The notes beneath the pieces were generated by a model. That model worked only from the letters and a program-made list of their open reading frames with translations, had not been told where the DNA came from and made no database searches. From a virus (taxonomy: Duplodnaviria; Heunggongvirae; Uroviricota; Caudoviricetes): 22,358 bases of DNA. The stretch lies in IMG/VR virus record IMGVR_UViG_2541047718_000017; one strand, given 5' to 3'. Each line of letters starts with the position of its first letter. The stretch's first letter is position 1. Position numbers and translations under genes: made by a program. This document shows, one piece after another, positions 8,741 to 16,573 of the stretch.

Positions 8741-8758
8741 TGTGTGAATAACGACACA
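8741..8758 (+). promoter_or_regulatory. Ogr-box (TGT-N12-ACA) of late promoter P_F upstream of FI
   Basis: TGTgtgaataacgacACA with 5-bp dyad arms, in the 143-bp gap between invertase and FI start, about 85 bp upstream of the FI ATG (8835). Confidence 0.6.
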
Positions 8759-8834
8759 ACTGCGCTTAGCTGTTTGTCAGGCACAATCACTTCAACATAG
8801 GGCGAAGCCTAATCCAATCAGGAGGTTCGCCACT

Positions 8835-9797
8835 ATGGCTCAGGATTACCACCACGGGGTGCGCGTTGTTGAAGTCAACGAAGGTACCCGATCTATTACC
8901 ACGGTGAGCACCGCCATCGTGGGTATGGTCTGCACGGGCGATGATGCCGATGCAAAAATGTTTCCTCTTAATAAACCCGTGCTGATCACTGATGTGCTGA
9001 CTGCCAGCGGTAAAGCGGGTGAGTCAGGTACTCTGGCCCGTTCGCTGGATGCCATCGCTGACCAGGCAAAACCCGTGACCATTGTTGTGCGTGTGCCGCA
9101 GGGTGAAACGGAAGACGAAACCACGACCAATATCATCGGCGCAGTGACTGCTGAAGGTAAAAAAACAGGTATGAAAGCCCTGTTATCTGCCCAGTCACAG
9201 CTCGGCGTTAAACCGCGCATTCTCGGCGTGCCAGGCCACGACACCAAGGCGGTAGCTACTGAGTTGCTGAGCGTGGCGCAAAGCCTGCGTGGATTTGCTT
9301 ACCTGTCAGCGTATGGCTGCAAGACAGTGCAGGAGGCGATCACTTACCGCGAAAACTTCAGCCAGCGCGAAGGGATGCTGATCTGGCCTGACTTTACTGG
9401 CTGGGACACGGTGCTGAATGCCGAAGCAACGGCATATGCCACCGCCCGTGCGCTTGGTCTGCGCGCCAAAATTGACGAGCAGACCGGATGGCACAAAAGC
9501 CTGTCCAACGTGGGCGTGAACGGTGTCACCGGAATTTCTGCAGATGTGTTCTGGGATCTGCAGGACCCGGCAACCGATGCAGGTCTGCTGAACCAGAACG
9601 ACGTCACCACGCTTGTGCGTAAAGACGGTTTCCGCTTCTGGGGTTCCCGCTGCCTGAGTGATGACCCGCTCTTTGCCTTCGAAAACTACACCCGCACGGC
9701 GCAGGTGCTGATGGACACGATGGCAGAAGCACACATGTGGGCGGTGGATAAACCGCTTAACCCGTCGCTGGCCCGCGACATTATCGAAGGTATGTGA
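8835..9797 (+). pseudogene. FI: tail sheath protein FI, N-terminal 319 codons, truncated at the inversion junction
   Basis: MAQDYHHGVRVVEVNEGTRSITTVSTAIVGMVCTGDDADAKMFPLNKPVLITDV... is near-collinear with the P2 FI N-terminus; reading frame ends ...RDIIEG-M-stop two codons after the crossover core. Confidence 0.88.
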
Positions 9798-9800
9798 GAA
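9775..9800 (+). other. hybrid invertase crossover site (junction B): FI-derived half GCGACATTATCG, core AA, H-derived half GGTATGTGAGAA
   Basis: H-side half (TTCTCACATACC on the minus strand) matches the Hv/Hv' half-site TTCTCCCAAACC at 10 of 12 positions; the other half is sheath coding sequence. Confidence 0.7.
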
Positions 9801-10836
9801 GACCAGCTACATCCTTTCCACTCAAATTGGTAAGCGTATTGTCCAGCGGTTGTTTACCTGCCAGCGCATTAAGCATTGTCGTGGCAAAGTTCGGATCATT
9901 CCCCAGTGCCGCCGCCAGTTCGTTCAGTGTATCCAGTGCAGCAGGTGCAGAACCCACCATTCCTGCAATCGCCGATTTCACAAAAGCCGTAGTGGCAATC
10001 TGTGTATTGTTGACCGACTGCGCCGCCGTGGGGGCTGTTGGCGTTCCGGTGAGTGCCGGACTCGACAACGGTGCTTTTAGTGCCAGCGCATTGTTAATGG
10101 TGGTACTGAAATTCGGATCATTGTTAATGGCTGCGGCTATTTCTTTCAGCGTGTCCAGCGTGGCTGGCGCACCATTAATAAGGGCCGTCAGTGCCGCCTG
10201 TACAAACGCAGTGGTCGCAACCTGCGTGGTATTATTCCCCGCCGCTGGCGTTGGCGCTTTGGGGGTTCCGGTAAATGTCGGGCTGGCTTTTGGCGCGTAC
10301 TGTGAATGCGGGTCCGGTGCGGCAAGATGTTTTGCCATCTGATCATCCGCGTACACCTTCAGCTCCAGTGCCTTGTCATCCACATACTTGCGGGTTGCCA
10401 GCACTACAGCAGGGTCGATTTTCAGGGTGATATTGTCCGTGCTGCTGGTAATCAGCACCATGCGCACGGTCTGAGTGCGCCCGCTACCTTCAGCCAGTTG
10501 CGGCTTATAGCTTTCCGGGCAGTTGCCCACGGCAATCAATGCACCTGACTCATCAAACAGGCCCACTTCACGTATCCACCAACCGCCCTCGTTTTCAGGG
10601 ATCACCTGTTCGGCAATAATCTGGCTGCTGTTCTGCGGGTCGATATAAAGCATATTCAGCGCAGCCCGGCGTTTCTCATTTACCAGTGCCGTCTGCTTTG
10701 CGTCCGGCGTTGGCAATACTCCACCGCCATCGCCCACCGCCATATGGGTAATTTTTAGCGGCACACCGAGCGCGGCGGCGCTGGCAAGTTTCGCCGCGCC
10801 AATATCCGTCAGCAGGGTATAAAATTTTGTGCTCAT
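9781..10836 (-). CDS. H: tail fibre protein H, N-terminal constant region (Mu Sc-equivalent), ending 2 codons after the crossover core
   Basis: MSTKFYTLLTDIGAAKLA...MAVGDGGG...ESYKPQLAEGSGRTQT... and the repeated ...TQIATTAFV... motifs match the P2 gpH N-terminal part; the ORF ends ...LTYL-R-stop at the junction with antisense FI. Confidence 0.88.
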   Translation of the reverse strand: MSTKFYTLLTDIGAAKLASAAALGVPLKITHMAVGDGGGVLPTPDAKQTALVNEKRRAALNMLYIDPQNSSQIIAEQVIPENEGGWWIREVGLFDESGALIAVGNCPESYKPQLAEGSGRTQTVRMVLITSSTDNITLKIDPAVVLATRKYVDDKALELKVYADDQMAKHLAAPDPHSQYAPKASPTFTGTPKAPTPAAGNNTTQVATTAFVQAALTALINGAPATLDTLKEIAAAINNDPNFSTTINNALALKAPLSSPALTGTPTAPTAAQSVNNTQIATTAFVKSAIAGMVGSAPAALDTLNELAAALGNDPNFATTMLNALAGKQPLDNTLTNLSGKDVAGLLTYLR

Positions 10837-11438
10837 GGATTCACTCTCATTGTGTCAATAACATGGACCGCCCCGCCTTCATGCGCGGTGCCACCGGAAA
10901 TAATCGTTTCGTTGATATACGGATAGATCGTGATTTCTTCGCCAAGATAGCTGGCGGCTCCCACCCAATGCGGGCCGCTGGTCTGCAGATTGATGGACAT
11001 GCCGATCATGTGGCGGCTACATGGTTTGGCATCGCTTATCAGTCGCTCAAGTTCCAGATAGGTATCTTCAGTGATGCCCTGGTCCTGCACGCCGATATCC
11101 AGGCGAAACGTGCCCGGTGTTTCTCCGGTCTGCCACCACTCAATAATGCGGATCAGGAATCCGAACGGCTCCACCACCCGCCGCACGGCACTGGTGGTCC
11201 CTTTATGCTGATGAATATAAAAAGCATCCTTCACCACCTGGCGCTTGACGCTTTCTGTCCAGCCCTCGTCCCAGCGATCCACAGAGAACGCCCAGGCGAG
11301 ATAAGGCAGGAAACTGACCGGACAGGTTGCCGGATTCCACAAATCACGAAGCGGCACCTGCAGATCAGAAATCCCGCTGCAGGTTTGCGCCAGTCGGCAC
11401 TCCAGTGGTGTTGAACCCGGTGGCAGCAGACTATTCAT
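10833..11438 (-). CDS. I: baseplate assembly protein I
   Basis: 201-aa ORF between J and H with overlapping stops/starts; N-terminus MNSLLPPGSTPLE resembles P2 gpI. Confidence 0.86.
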   Translation of the reverse strand: MNSLLPPGSTPLECRLAQTCSGISDLQVPLRDLWNPATCPVSFLPYLAWAFSVDRWDEGWTESVKRQVVKDAFYIHQHKGTTSAVRRVVEPFGFLIRIIEWWQTGETPGTFRLDIGVQDQGITEDTYLELERLISDAKPCSRHMIGMSINLQTSGPHWVGAASYLGEEITIYPYINETIISGGTAHEGGAVHVIDTMRVNP

Positions 11439-12339
11439 CCGTTCCTCCGTTGGTTACGCTCCACTGCGTACATGATGCCGCCTGTGTTTTGTTCAGGACC
11501 ACATCCGCCAGAGGAGAAGCCAGCTCCACACGCTGCACCCCCTCAACATGCAGGGCGGCAAAGATGGCGCTACGGCGAATATCCCGACCAAGACGCGTCT
11601 GACTGGCGATGTACTTCTGCAGGCTGGCTTTTGCCGCTGCCATTACCGGCTCTGCTTCCGGTCCAGGATAGAGAAAAATGGTGGCTTCCACGCGATACGG
11701 GATGATTTCTGCGCTGCGAACCGTAAGACGGTCAGCCACCGGGCGGACGTTCTCACTGTTCAGAGCTTTTTCCACCACGTCCAGCAGGTCTTTTTCTGCA
11801 GTTCCATCGCCTTCGCGGCTAAGGACAGTCAGCACCACCTCTGCAGGTGCCGGGCTGGTTGCACTGGCATCCGCCACCCGACCGTCGGCGCTTCGGGCAT
11901 GAAATTCATAAGCTGCAGTTGGCCCCGCAACAGAAAGCCCTTCAAAGGCTGCAGGCACACGCAGGCGCAACGCTTCATCGCTTTCCATCACAGCTGCAAC
12001 GGGCGGCACAGCATCATTATCAGCAGGCGTCACCGTCAGGCGTGTCACGTTGTAGTTGGCAGCGAGCTGGTCAAGATCGCCGCCCATCGCGTAAGCCACC
12101 ATCACCGCCTGCGCGGCTTCGTTAATGCGCTGGCGCAGAAGCAACTCACGGTAAGCGTTCTCCTGCAACAATTTAGTGGCGGGTTCAGATTCCAGTTCCA
12201 GCGTGCGGATCACTGCTTCCTGCTCATCTTTCGGATGAAGCGCCACAAATTCTGCCTTGCGTTCGGCAAGCAGCGTCTCAAAGTCCGGCACATCCACAAT
12301 CTGCGGTGCAGGCAACTGCGAAAGGTCAATCACTGCCAT
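11431..12339 (-). CDS. J: baseplate assembly protein J
   Basis: Translation from MAVIDLSQLPAPQIVDVPDFETLLAERKAEF... is collinear with P2 gpJ; start taken at the internal ATG (track ORF begins at 12378). Confidence 0.9.
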   Translation of the reverse strand: MAVIDLSQLPAPQIVDVPDFETLLAERKAEFVALHPKDEQEAVIRTLELESEPATKLLQENAYRELLLRQRINEAAQAVMVAYAMGGDLDQLAANYNVTRLTVTPADNDAVPPVAAVMESDEALRLRVPAAFEGLSVAGPTAAYEFHARSADGRVADASATSPAPAEVVLTVLSREGDGTAEKDLLDVVEKALNSENVRPVADRLTVRSAEIIPYRVEATIFLYPGPEAEPVMAAAKASLQKYIASQTRLGRDIRRSAIFAALHVEGVQRVELASPLADVVLNKTQAASCTQWSVTNGGTDE

Positions 12340-12685
12340 TCTCTGCTCCTGTTGATACGGAAAGGGACACAGGCACACCGTTATTCCGCCGCCCGGTCAG
12401 CTCCACCACCATTGAACCGTCAAAATTGCTGTTGATGGTGATGGAATCCAGCGTCAACCGTGGCTCCCAGCGACTCAGCGCCACATACACTGCCGACATG
12501 ACCTGCAGGCGTAATGCCGGATTTTGTGGCTGATCTATCAGTGCCGACAGCAGGGAACCATATTCCCGGCGGGCAATACGGCTACCCTGCGGTGTCAGCA
12601 GAATGTCCCGCACCGACTGGCGCAGATGATCAATATCAGTAATGACTTTGCCGCTGGTATTGTTCATCCCGCTATAAAGCGTCAT
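12326..12685 (-). CDS. W: baseplate wedge protein W (T4 gp25-like)
   Basis: 119-aa ORF; ...DILLTPQGSRIARREYGSLL...DQPQNPALRLQ... matches P2 gpW. Confidence 0.9.
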   Translation of the reverse strand: MTLYSGMNNTSGKVITDIDHLRQSVRDILLTPQGSRIARREYGSLLSALIDQPQNPALRLQVMSAVYVALSRWEPRLTLDSITINSNFDGSMVVELTGRRNNGVPVSLSVSTGAENGSD

Positions 12686-13260
12686 ACCGGGCCTCCGGTT
12701 GTATCGCCGCCTTTCAGGACGCCAGTATGCTGATGCGCATCAACCACGATCCCGTTAGAACTCATCGCTCCGCCGCCCTGGGTAACGCCACCATTGATCA
12801 CCACTTCGCTGTTAATGCGCGTGCGGTCAGCCTCCAGTACAAACTCACTGGTTTTCATGGTGATGTTGTCAGCAGCCTCAATGACCATTGATTTGATGCC
12901 CCTGACATACCAGCGCCCGGTGGCGGGTTCGTATTCAAACCAGCCACCGTCAGGATGTTCTGTCACGCAGGCGTCCGCCGACGTCGACGGTGGTGCGAAC
13001 TGATTCGAATAGACAGCGGGCAGCGCAAAGGCGGTTTCCAGATTGCCGCCCAGACTCAGCAGCACCACCTGCTCACCTTCCGATGGTCGCCACCATGTAC
13101 GGGCATTCCCGGCACGCAGCGTCAGCCAGCTGATCCAGTTGGTTTCAAGCTCGCCCGTTTTCACCCGGCAAAGCCAGTTTTCCCTGTCCACTTCGGTGAC
13201 TACCCCTGTGCGGATCAGGTTGGTGATAAGGCGCATGATTTCGGTTAATTGTGCGTTCAT
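12682..13260 (-). CDS. V: baseplate spike/hub protein V
   Basis: 192-aa ORF; MNAQLTEIMRLITNLIRTGVV...CRVKTG... collinear with P2 gpV. Confidence 0.9.
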   Translation of the reverse strand: MNAQLTEIMRLITNLIRTGVVTEVDRENWLCRVKTGELETNWISWLTLRAGNARTWWRPSEGEQVVLLSLGGNLETAFALPAVYSNQFAPPSTSADACVTEHPDGGWFEYEPATGRWYVRGIKSMVIEAADNITMKTSEFVLEADRTRINSEVVINGGVTQGGGAMSSNGIVVDAHQHTGVLKGGDTTGGPV

Positions 13261-13306
13261 AGGGAAAGGTTGCCATCAGGGGAAGAAAGGCGGCAGTGCT
13301 GCAACT

Positions 13307-13324
13307 TGTATCAGTGCTGATACA
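13307..13324 (+). promoter_or_regulatory. Ogr-box (TGT-N12-ACA) of late promoter P_V
   Basis: TTGTATCAGtgCTGATACAA, a 20-bp dyad with 9-bp arms, in the 68-bp gap between S stop and V start. Confidence 0.6.
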
Positions 13325-13328
13325 AAGA

Positions 13329-13775
13329 TCACCCCGCCAGCCATTGCAGAATCATGTCGCGGGTCATTGCCTCAACATCATCATTTACACCCAGAAGGCG
13401 ACGCTCTGCGTAACGCACCTCCGGTCCCTTACGACTGACGCGATCTCGCAGGCCGTAATGGTGAACGCGGGCAATGCGCTGCACCTTGCCTTCAAACTGC
13501 ACGCTGGCAGAGTCGGCGCTGGCGGAAGTTTTCAGGTATTTTGTGGTGCGCAGCTTTGCAAACATCTGACGTTTGATACGGCCTTTTTTACTGCGTGCTG
13601 TTACCCGTCGCGGTTCATAACTGCTGCCATCTGGATTGCGCTGCATTCTGATATTTTGCTGCTGTGTCCGGCGTAGTTCCTGCGCCAGCTGGCGCATCAT
13701 GCGGCTTCTTGCGGCTGGCTCCAGATTCGCCAGCAAGGCACTCAGCCAGTCGTCCACTTTCTGCAGTTCAGCCAC
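13329..13775 (-). CDS. S: tail completion protein S
   Basis: 148-aa ORF; ...RRTQQQNIRMQRNPDGS...RVTARSKKGRIKRQMFAKLRT...VQRIARVHHYGL... matches P2 gpS. Confidence 0.9.
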   Translation of the reverse strand: MAELQKVDDWLSALLANLEPAARSRMMRQLAQELRRTQQQNIRMQRNPDGSSYEPRRVTARSKKGRIKRQMFAKLRTTKYLKTSASADSASVQFEGKVQRIARVHHYGLRDRVSRKGPEVRYAERRLLGVNDDVEAMTRDMILQWLAG

Positions 13776-14220
13776 GTTTCACCGTCCACATTTCTTCAGG
13801 TTCATCAGGTTCCGCTATAGCTTCAACGCTCGACACACTGCCGTCAGTGCTGACCAGCACACGCTCCGTCAGTTGCAGGTTGAGGCTGATATCACAGACA
13901 TCGTTGCGCAGAATATCCACCTCAAAGGTGAATAGCTTTTCCCGTAACGCCGGGTTATTGATGGCATCGGGCTGGTTATCACGCAGCCACAGCAAAACCG
14001 GGGCCATCAGCAGATTCTGGTCGCCGCTGAAATCCTCAATCACCACGTTCAGGGTGTAGCGGTACTCCCATGACATGGAGCTGGCCCCCGTGGCAACCAG
14101 CGAACCGTTATCCACAAACAGATGCAGTTTGTCCGGGTTATTGCGGACATAAGGCACCGCTTTATTGAGGGCGTGGCGCAGGGATTGTGGTTTGTTCACT
14201 GTTTCGCTCCTGACACGCAA
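13768..14220 (-). CDS. R: tail completion protein R
   Basis: 150-aa ORF; ...FVDNGS...RYTLNVVIEDFSGD...WLRDNQPD... matches P2 gpR; exact start uncertain. Confidence 0.85.
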   Translation of the reverse strand: MRVRSETVNKPQSLRHALNKAVPYVRNNPDKLHLFVDNGSLVATGASSMSWEYRYTLNVVIEDFSGDQNLLMAPVLLWLRDNQPDAINNPALREKLFTFEVDILRNDVCDISLNLQLTERVLVSTDGSVSSVEAIAEPDEPEEMWTVKRG

Positions 14221-14452
14221 TAATCATGTCCACTTTGTCTGCACAGACCGCCCAGGCGGCCTCCGTTTCATCCAGCAACGCATTCAGATCACCGTTAGTG
14301 CGCGGTGCTGCCTGCTCCAGCCGACACGGCGTCACTCGCGGACAACCACTGACGGTAAGCTGCACCTCCGGTGAGTGCCGGACGTTCCCGCAGCCGGATA
14401 ATGTCAGCAGGCAAAGGAGTATCAGCCCAGTGGCGTAAATCCTCGTTCTCAC
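14162..14452 (-). CDS. lysC: outer-membrane spanin lipoprotein (Rz1-like)
   Basis: 96-aa ORF in an alternative frame overlapping the lysB 3' end and the R 5' end; N-terminal lipobox LLTLSGC. Confidence 0.72.
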   Translation of the reverse strand: MRTRIYATGLILLCLLTLSGCGNVRHSPEVQLTVSGCPRVTPCRLEQAAPRTNGDLNALLDETEAAWAVCADKVDMIIACQERNSEQTTIPAPRPQ

Positions 14453-14723
14453 GTTTCAGTTCCTCGATCCGGCGTTGTCGTTGTCTCAGCTGTGCGCTGG
14501 TCTGTTCTGCTTCGGCATAGAGCCGCGCCTGCTCCCGGTTATTGGTTTCAGTCAGAATGGACAGGCTGATAAGCTGGCTGTTGCTCTTTGCCAGTGCCTG
14601 GCTTTTGCTCTGCAGCTCGTTTGCCTGCGTGCTGATGGTCTGGCTGGCATCAGCCAGCCGCCACGTCTGCCAGCCCAGCGCCGCTAGTAATAACGCCAGC
14701 ACAACCAGCAGCAACCGGTTCAT
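14295..14723 (-). CDS. lysB: inner-membrane spanin (Rz-like)
   Basis: 142-aa ORF; N-terminal TM segment then a coiled-coil-prone region; ATGA coupling with lysA. Confidence 0.8.
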   Translation of the reverse strand: MNRLLLVVLALLLAALGWQTWRLADASQTISTQANELQSKSQALAKSNSQLISLSILTETNNREQARLYAEAEQTSAQLRQRQRRIEELKRENEDLRHWADTPLPADIIRLRERPALTGGAAYRQWLSASDAVSAGAGSTAH

Positions 14724-15097
14724 GCTGCTACCTGTTGCGCCATCTGATTACGGGTGATCCAGAAGGCAATAACGGTCAGTAGATAAAAGACCAGGGTAAT
14801 AGCCCACCCCGTCCATGCGAGACTTACAACAATCAGCAATCGCATCACCCAACTGATAAATACGTTTTCTTTTCGGGTAATTGTCTTCAGCAAAGATGCC
14901 CTTAACTCCTGCCAGAGCGGGCCATTCTGAATTAACGCAGCCAGTGCTACCGGAATTACCGCCCATGTCAGCAAACAGGCTACCCAAACGCCGGACGCTG
15001 CCAGTACCGGAAAGATCCCCTGCGGATACACCATTGCTGCGATTAACAGCGCCATCCATAACATCAGAAACAGTCCGCTGATTAATTTCTTTTTCAT
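14720..15097 (-). CDS. lysA: lysis-timing membrane protein LysA
   Basis: Multi-TM hydrophobic ORF between K and lysB; start taken at internal MKKKLISGLF (the track ORF starts at a GTG at 15169 inside K). My manual indexing here disagrees with the track by 1 nt. Confidence 0.7.
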   Translation of the reverse strand: MKKKLISGLFLMLWMALLIAAMVYPQGIFPVLAASGVWVACLLTWAVIPVALAALIQNGPLWQELRASLLKTITRKENVFISWVMRLLIVVSLAWTGWAITLVFYLLTVIAFWITRNQMAQQVAA

Positions 15098-15098
15098 T

Positions 15099-15611
15099 TC
15101 AGTTTGCTCCCTGTAAACACCAGGCCATCTCCCGCGCACGGCGGTTATCCAGCCCCTGATTAAACACACCTTTTACATAAACCCAGCGCGGCAACTGTCG
15201 GCACGCATCCGCCCAGCGCCGCTGATTGAGCAATTTCACCAGCGTGGAGCTGCAGGCATTGCCTGTCCCCACGTTGAAGGCAAACGACACCACCGAGTCA
15301 TACACCTTTTGTGGCGGCTGTTGCTTCACACATCTTTCCAGCGCCCGCTCCACACGCAGCACGTTGGAGATAAGCCCTTCTGCTGCCTGTCGTTCCGTAA
15401 TGGTTTTGCCGGGAATGACGCCCGACGTATTACCAATGCCGTCAGTCCATACACCCGCGCTGCACTGATAGGGCTGCAGACGACAGCCTTCGTAATCGGC
15501 AATCAGTTTCAGTCCCTCCACGGAGGTGTGAAGCTGCTGAAAACCCGGCAGCGTGGCAGCAATAGCCAGCACGGTCCCGACAAGGCAGCGTTTAACGATT
15601 GATGGATTCAT
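15099..15611 (-). CDS. K: endolysin (lysozyme), probable SAR-type
   Basis: 170-aa ORF at the P2 K position; Gly/Ala-rich weakly hydrophobic N-terminus (CLVGTVLAIAATLPG), then a lysozyme-like E...D...T motif region (EGLKLIADYEG...WTDGIGNT). Confidence 0.85.
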   Translation of the reverse strand: MNPSIVKRCLVGTVLAIAATLPGFQQLHTSVEGLKLIADYEGCRLQPYQCSAGVWTDGIGNTSGVIPGKTITERQAAEGLISNVLRVERALERCVKQQPPQKVYDSVVSFAFNVGTGNACSSTLVKLLNQRRWADACRQLPRWVYVKGVFNQGLDNRRAREMAWCLQGAN

Positions 15612-15807
15612 AGTCCTCCCGCGAGATCTGCCCGTCGCGCAGAAGCTGGTAGGCTTTGTGTTTGTAGTACCAGTTGATAGCCAGCATCAGCACACCAATC
15701 ATCAGGCCGCCCAGCGTTGAGGCATCCTTGATGGACAAATCGCCCAGCCAGACCAGCACAACGGCGATGCAGTACGTGATAAAGGCGCTGATTCGCTCAA
15801 GCGTCAT
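15592..15807 (-). CDS. Y: holin (small, two predicted TM segments; pinholin-like)
   Basis: 71-aa ORF between X and K with two hydrophobic stretches and a charged C-terminus; position corresponds to P2 Y. Confidence 0.65.
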   Translation of the reverse strand: MTLERISAFITYCIAVVLVWLGDLSIKDASTLGGLMIGVLMLAINWYYKHKAYQLLRDGQISREDYESINR

Positions 15808-15810
15808 AAT

Positions 15811-16014
15811 TCAGTCCCATAGCTGGACGGTCTGCACGGTGGTGGTTGTCGGAATGTCCGGCAGCTCCACCTGCAGCCCGTGAGGTAAAAAGGGGCCATA
15901 TTCGGCAAGCCCCGGATTTGCCTTCAGTACCTGCTCCGTGACACCCTGCGTGCGCCCGTAATGACGCCAGCAAAGCGCGTCCACCGTGTCATACTGATGC
16001 GCACGCACTTTCAT
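15811..16014 (-). CDS. X: tail protein X
   Basis: 67-aa ORF; MKVRAHQYDTVDALCWRHYGRTQGVTEQVLKANPGLAEYGPFLPHGLQVELPD matches P2 gpX. Confidence 0.9.
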   Translation of the reverse strand: MKVRAHQYDTVDALCWRHYGRTQGVTEQVLKANPGLAEYGPFLPHGLQVELPDIPTTTTVQTVQLWD

Positions 16015-16478
16015 CAGATAAGCTCCACTGTGCAGTGCGGCGCGTCCTGTACCCGGCTGATGGCCCAGCGGGCGTCACGCCATAAATCACCGCTGGCTTC
16101 CGCCAGTTCCTCGCCCCGCTTCACACCGGATGCCGTGGCGTCATAGTCCTGGTAACGTTCGTTGAGCATGGCGCGTGCCCAGCAGTAAACCGCGTTGAAA
16201 TAGTGCTGAATGCGCTCACTTTTGCCGTCCAGCTGTTCCGCCGGAACCTCTGCCAGCGAGGCATACCCCAGCATCTGCTGGCATCTGCGAAACTCATACA
16301 GCTCTGCGTTGACCTCCGAAATTGCCGACAGCGCAACCTGCTTTAAACGCGGCTGCGTCACCGTACCGTCAGTGCGCATCACACTGCGGAACTCCGACAG
16401 ATCCACATCAGGCCAGAACGGCGTATTCCTGATGATTTCCGCCTGTTCCGGTGCCTGTTCTGGCGCAACAAACTTCAT
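16014..16478 (-). CDS. L: head completion/stabilisation protein L
   Basis: Start taken at internal MKFVAPEQ with an AGGAGA Shine-Dalgarno upstream; ATGA overlap with the X start. Confidence 0.86.
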   Translation of the reverse strand: MKFVAPEQAPEQAEIIRNTPFWPDVDLSEFRSVMRTDGTVTQPRLKQVALSAISEVNAELYEFRRCQQMLGYASLAEVPAEQLDGKSERIQHYFNAVYCWARAMLNERYQDYDATASGVKRGEELAEASGDLWRDARWAISRVQDAPHCTVELI

Positions 16479-16573
16479 GCTGCTTTCTCCTGAGATAGAG
16501 GGCGGTGGACGGGGTTTTGATGTGGCAGTGCCTTTCGCCACCCCGTGCCGCCCGTGCGCGGGGGCACGTTCTG

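Noticed and set aside
6182-9800. IS-mediated rearrangement as the explanation for the split sheath gene
   Set aside because: No IS sequence or target duplication at either junction; breakpoints instead share a 7-bp core within 12-2-12 sites that each contain an invertase half-site. The IS at 22155 is 12 kb away.
11548-12435. 295-aa plus-strand ORF rich in Cys/His/Arg antisense to J and W
   Set aside because: Antisense artefact of a GC-rich region; no recognisable fold or motifs.
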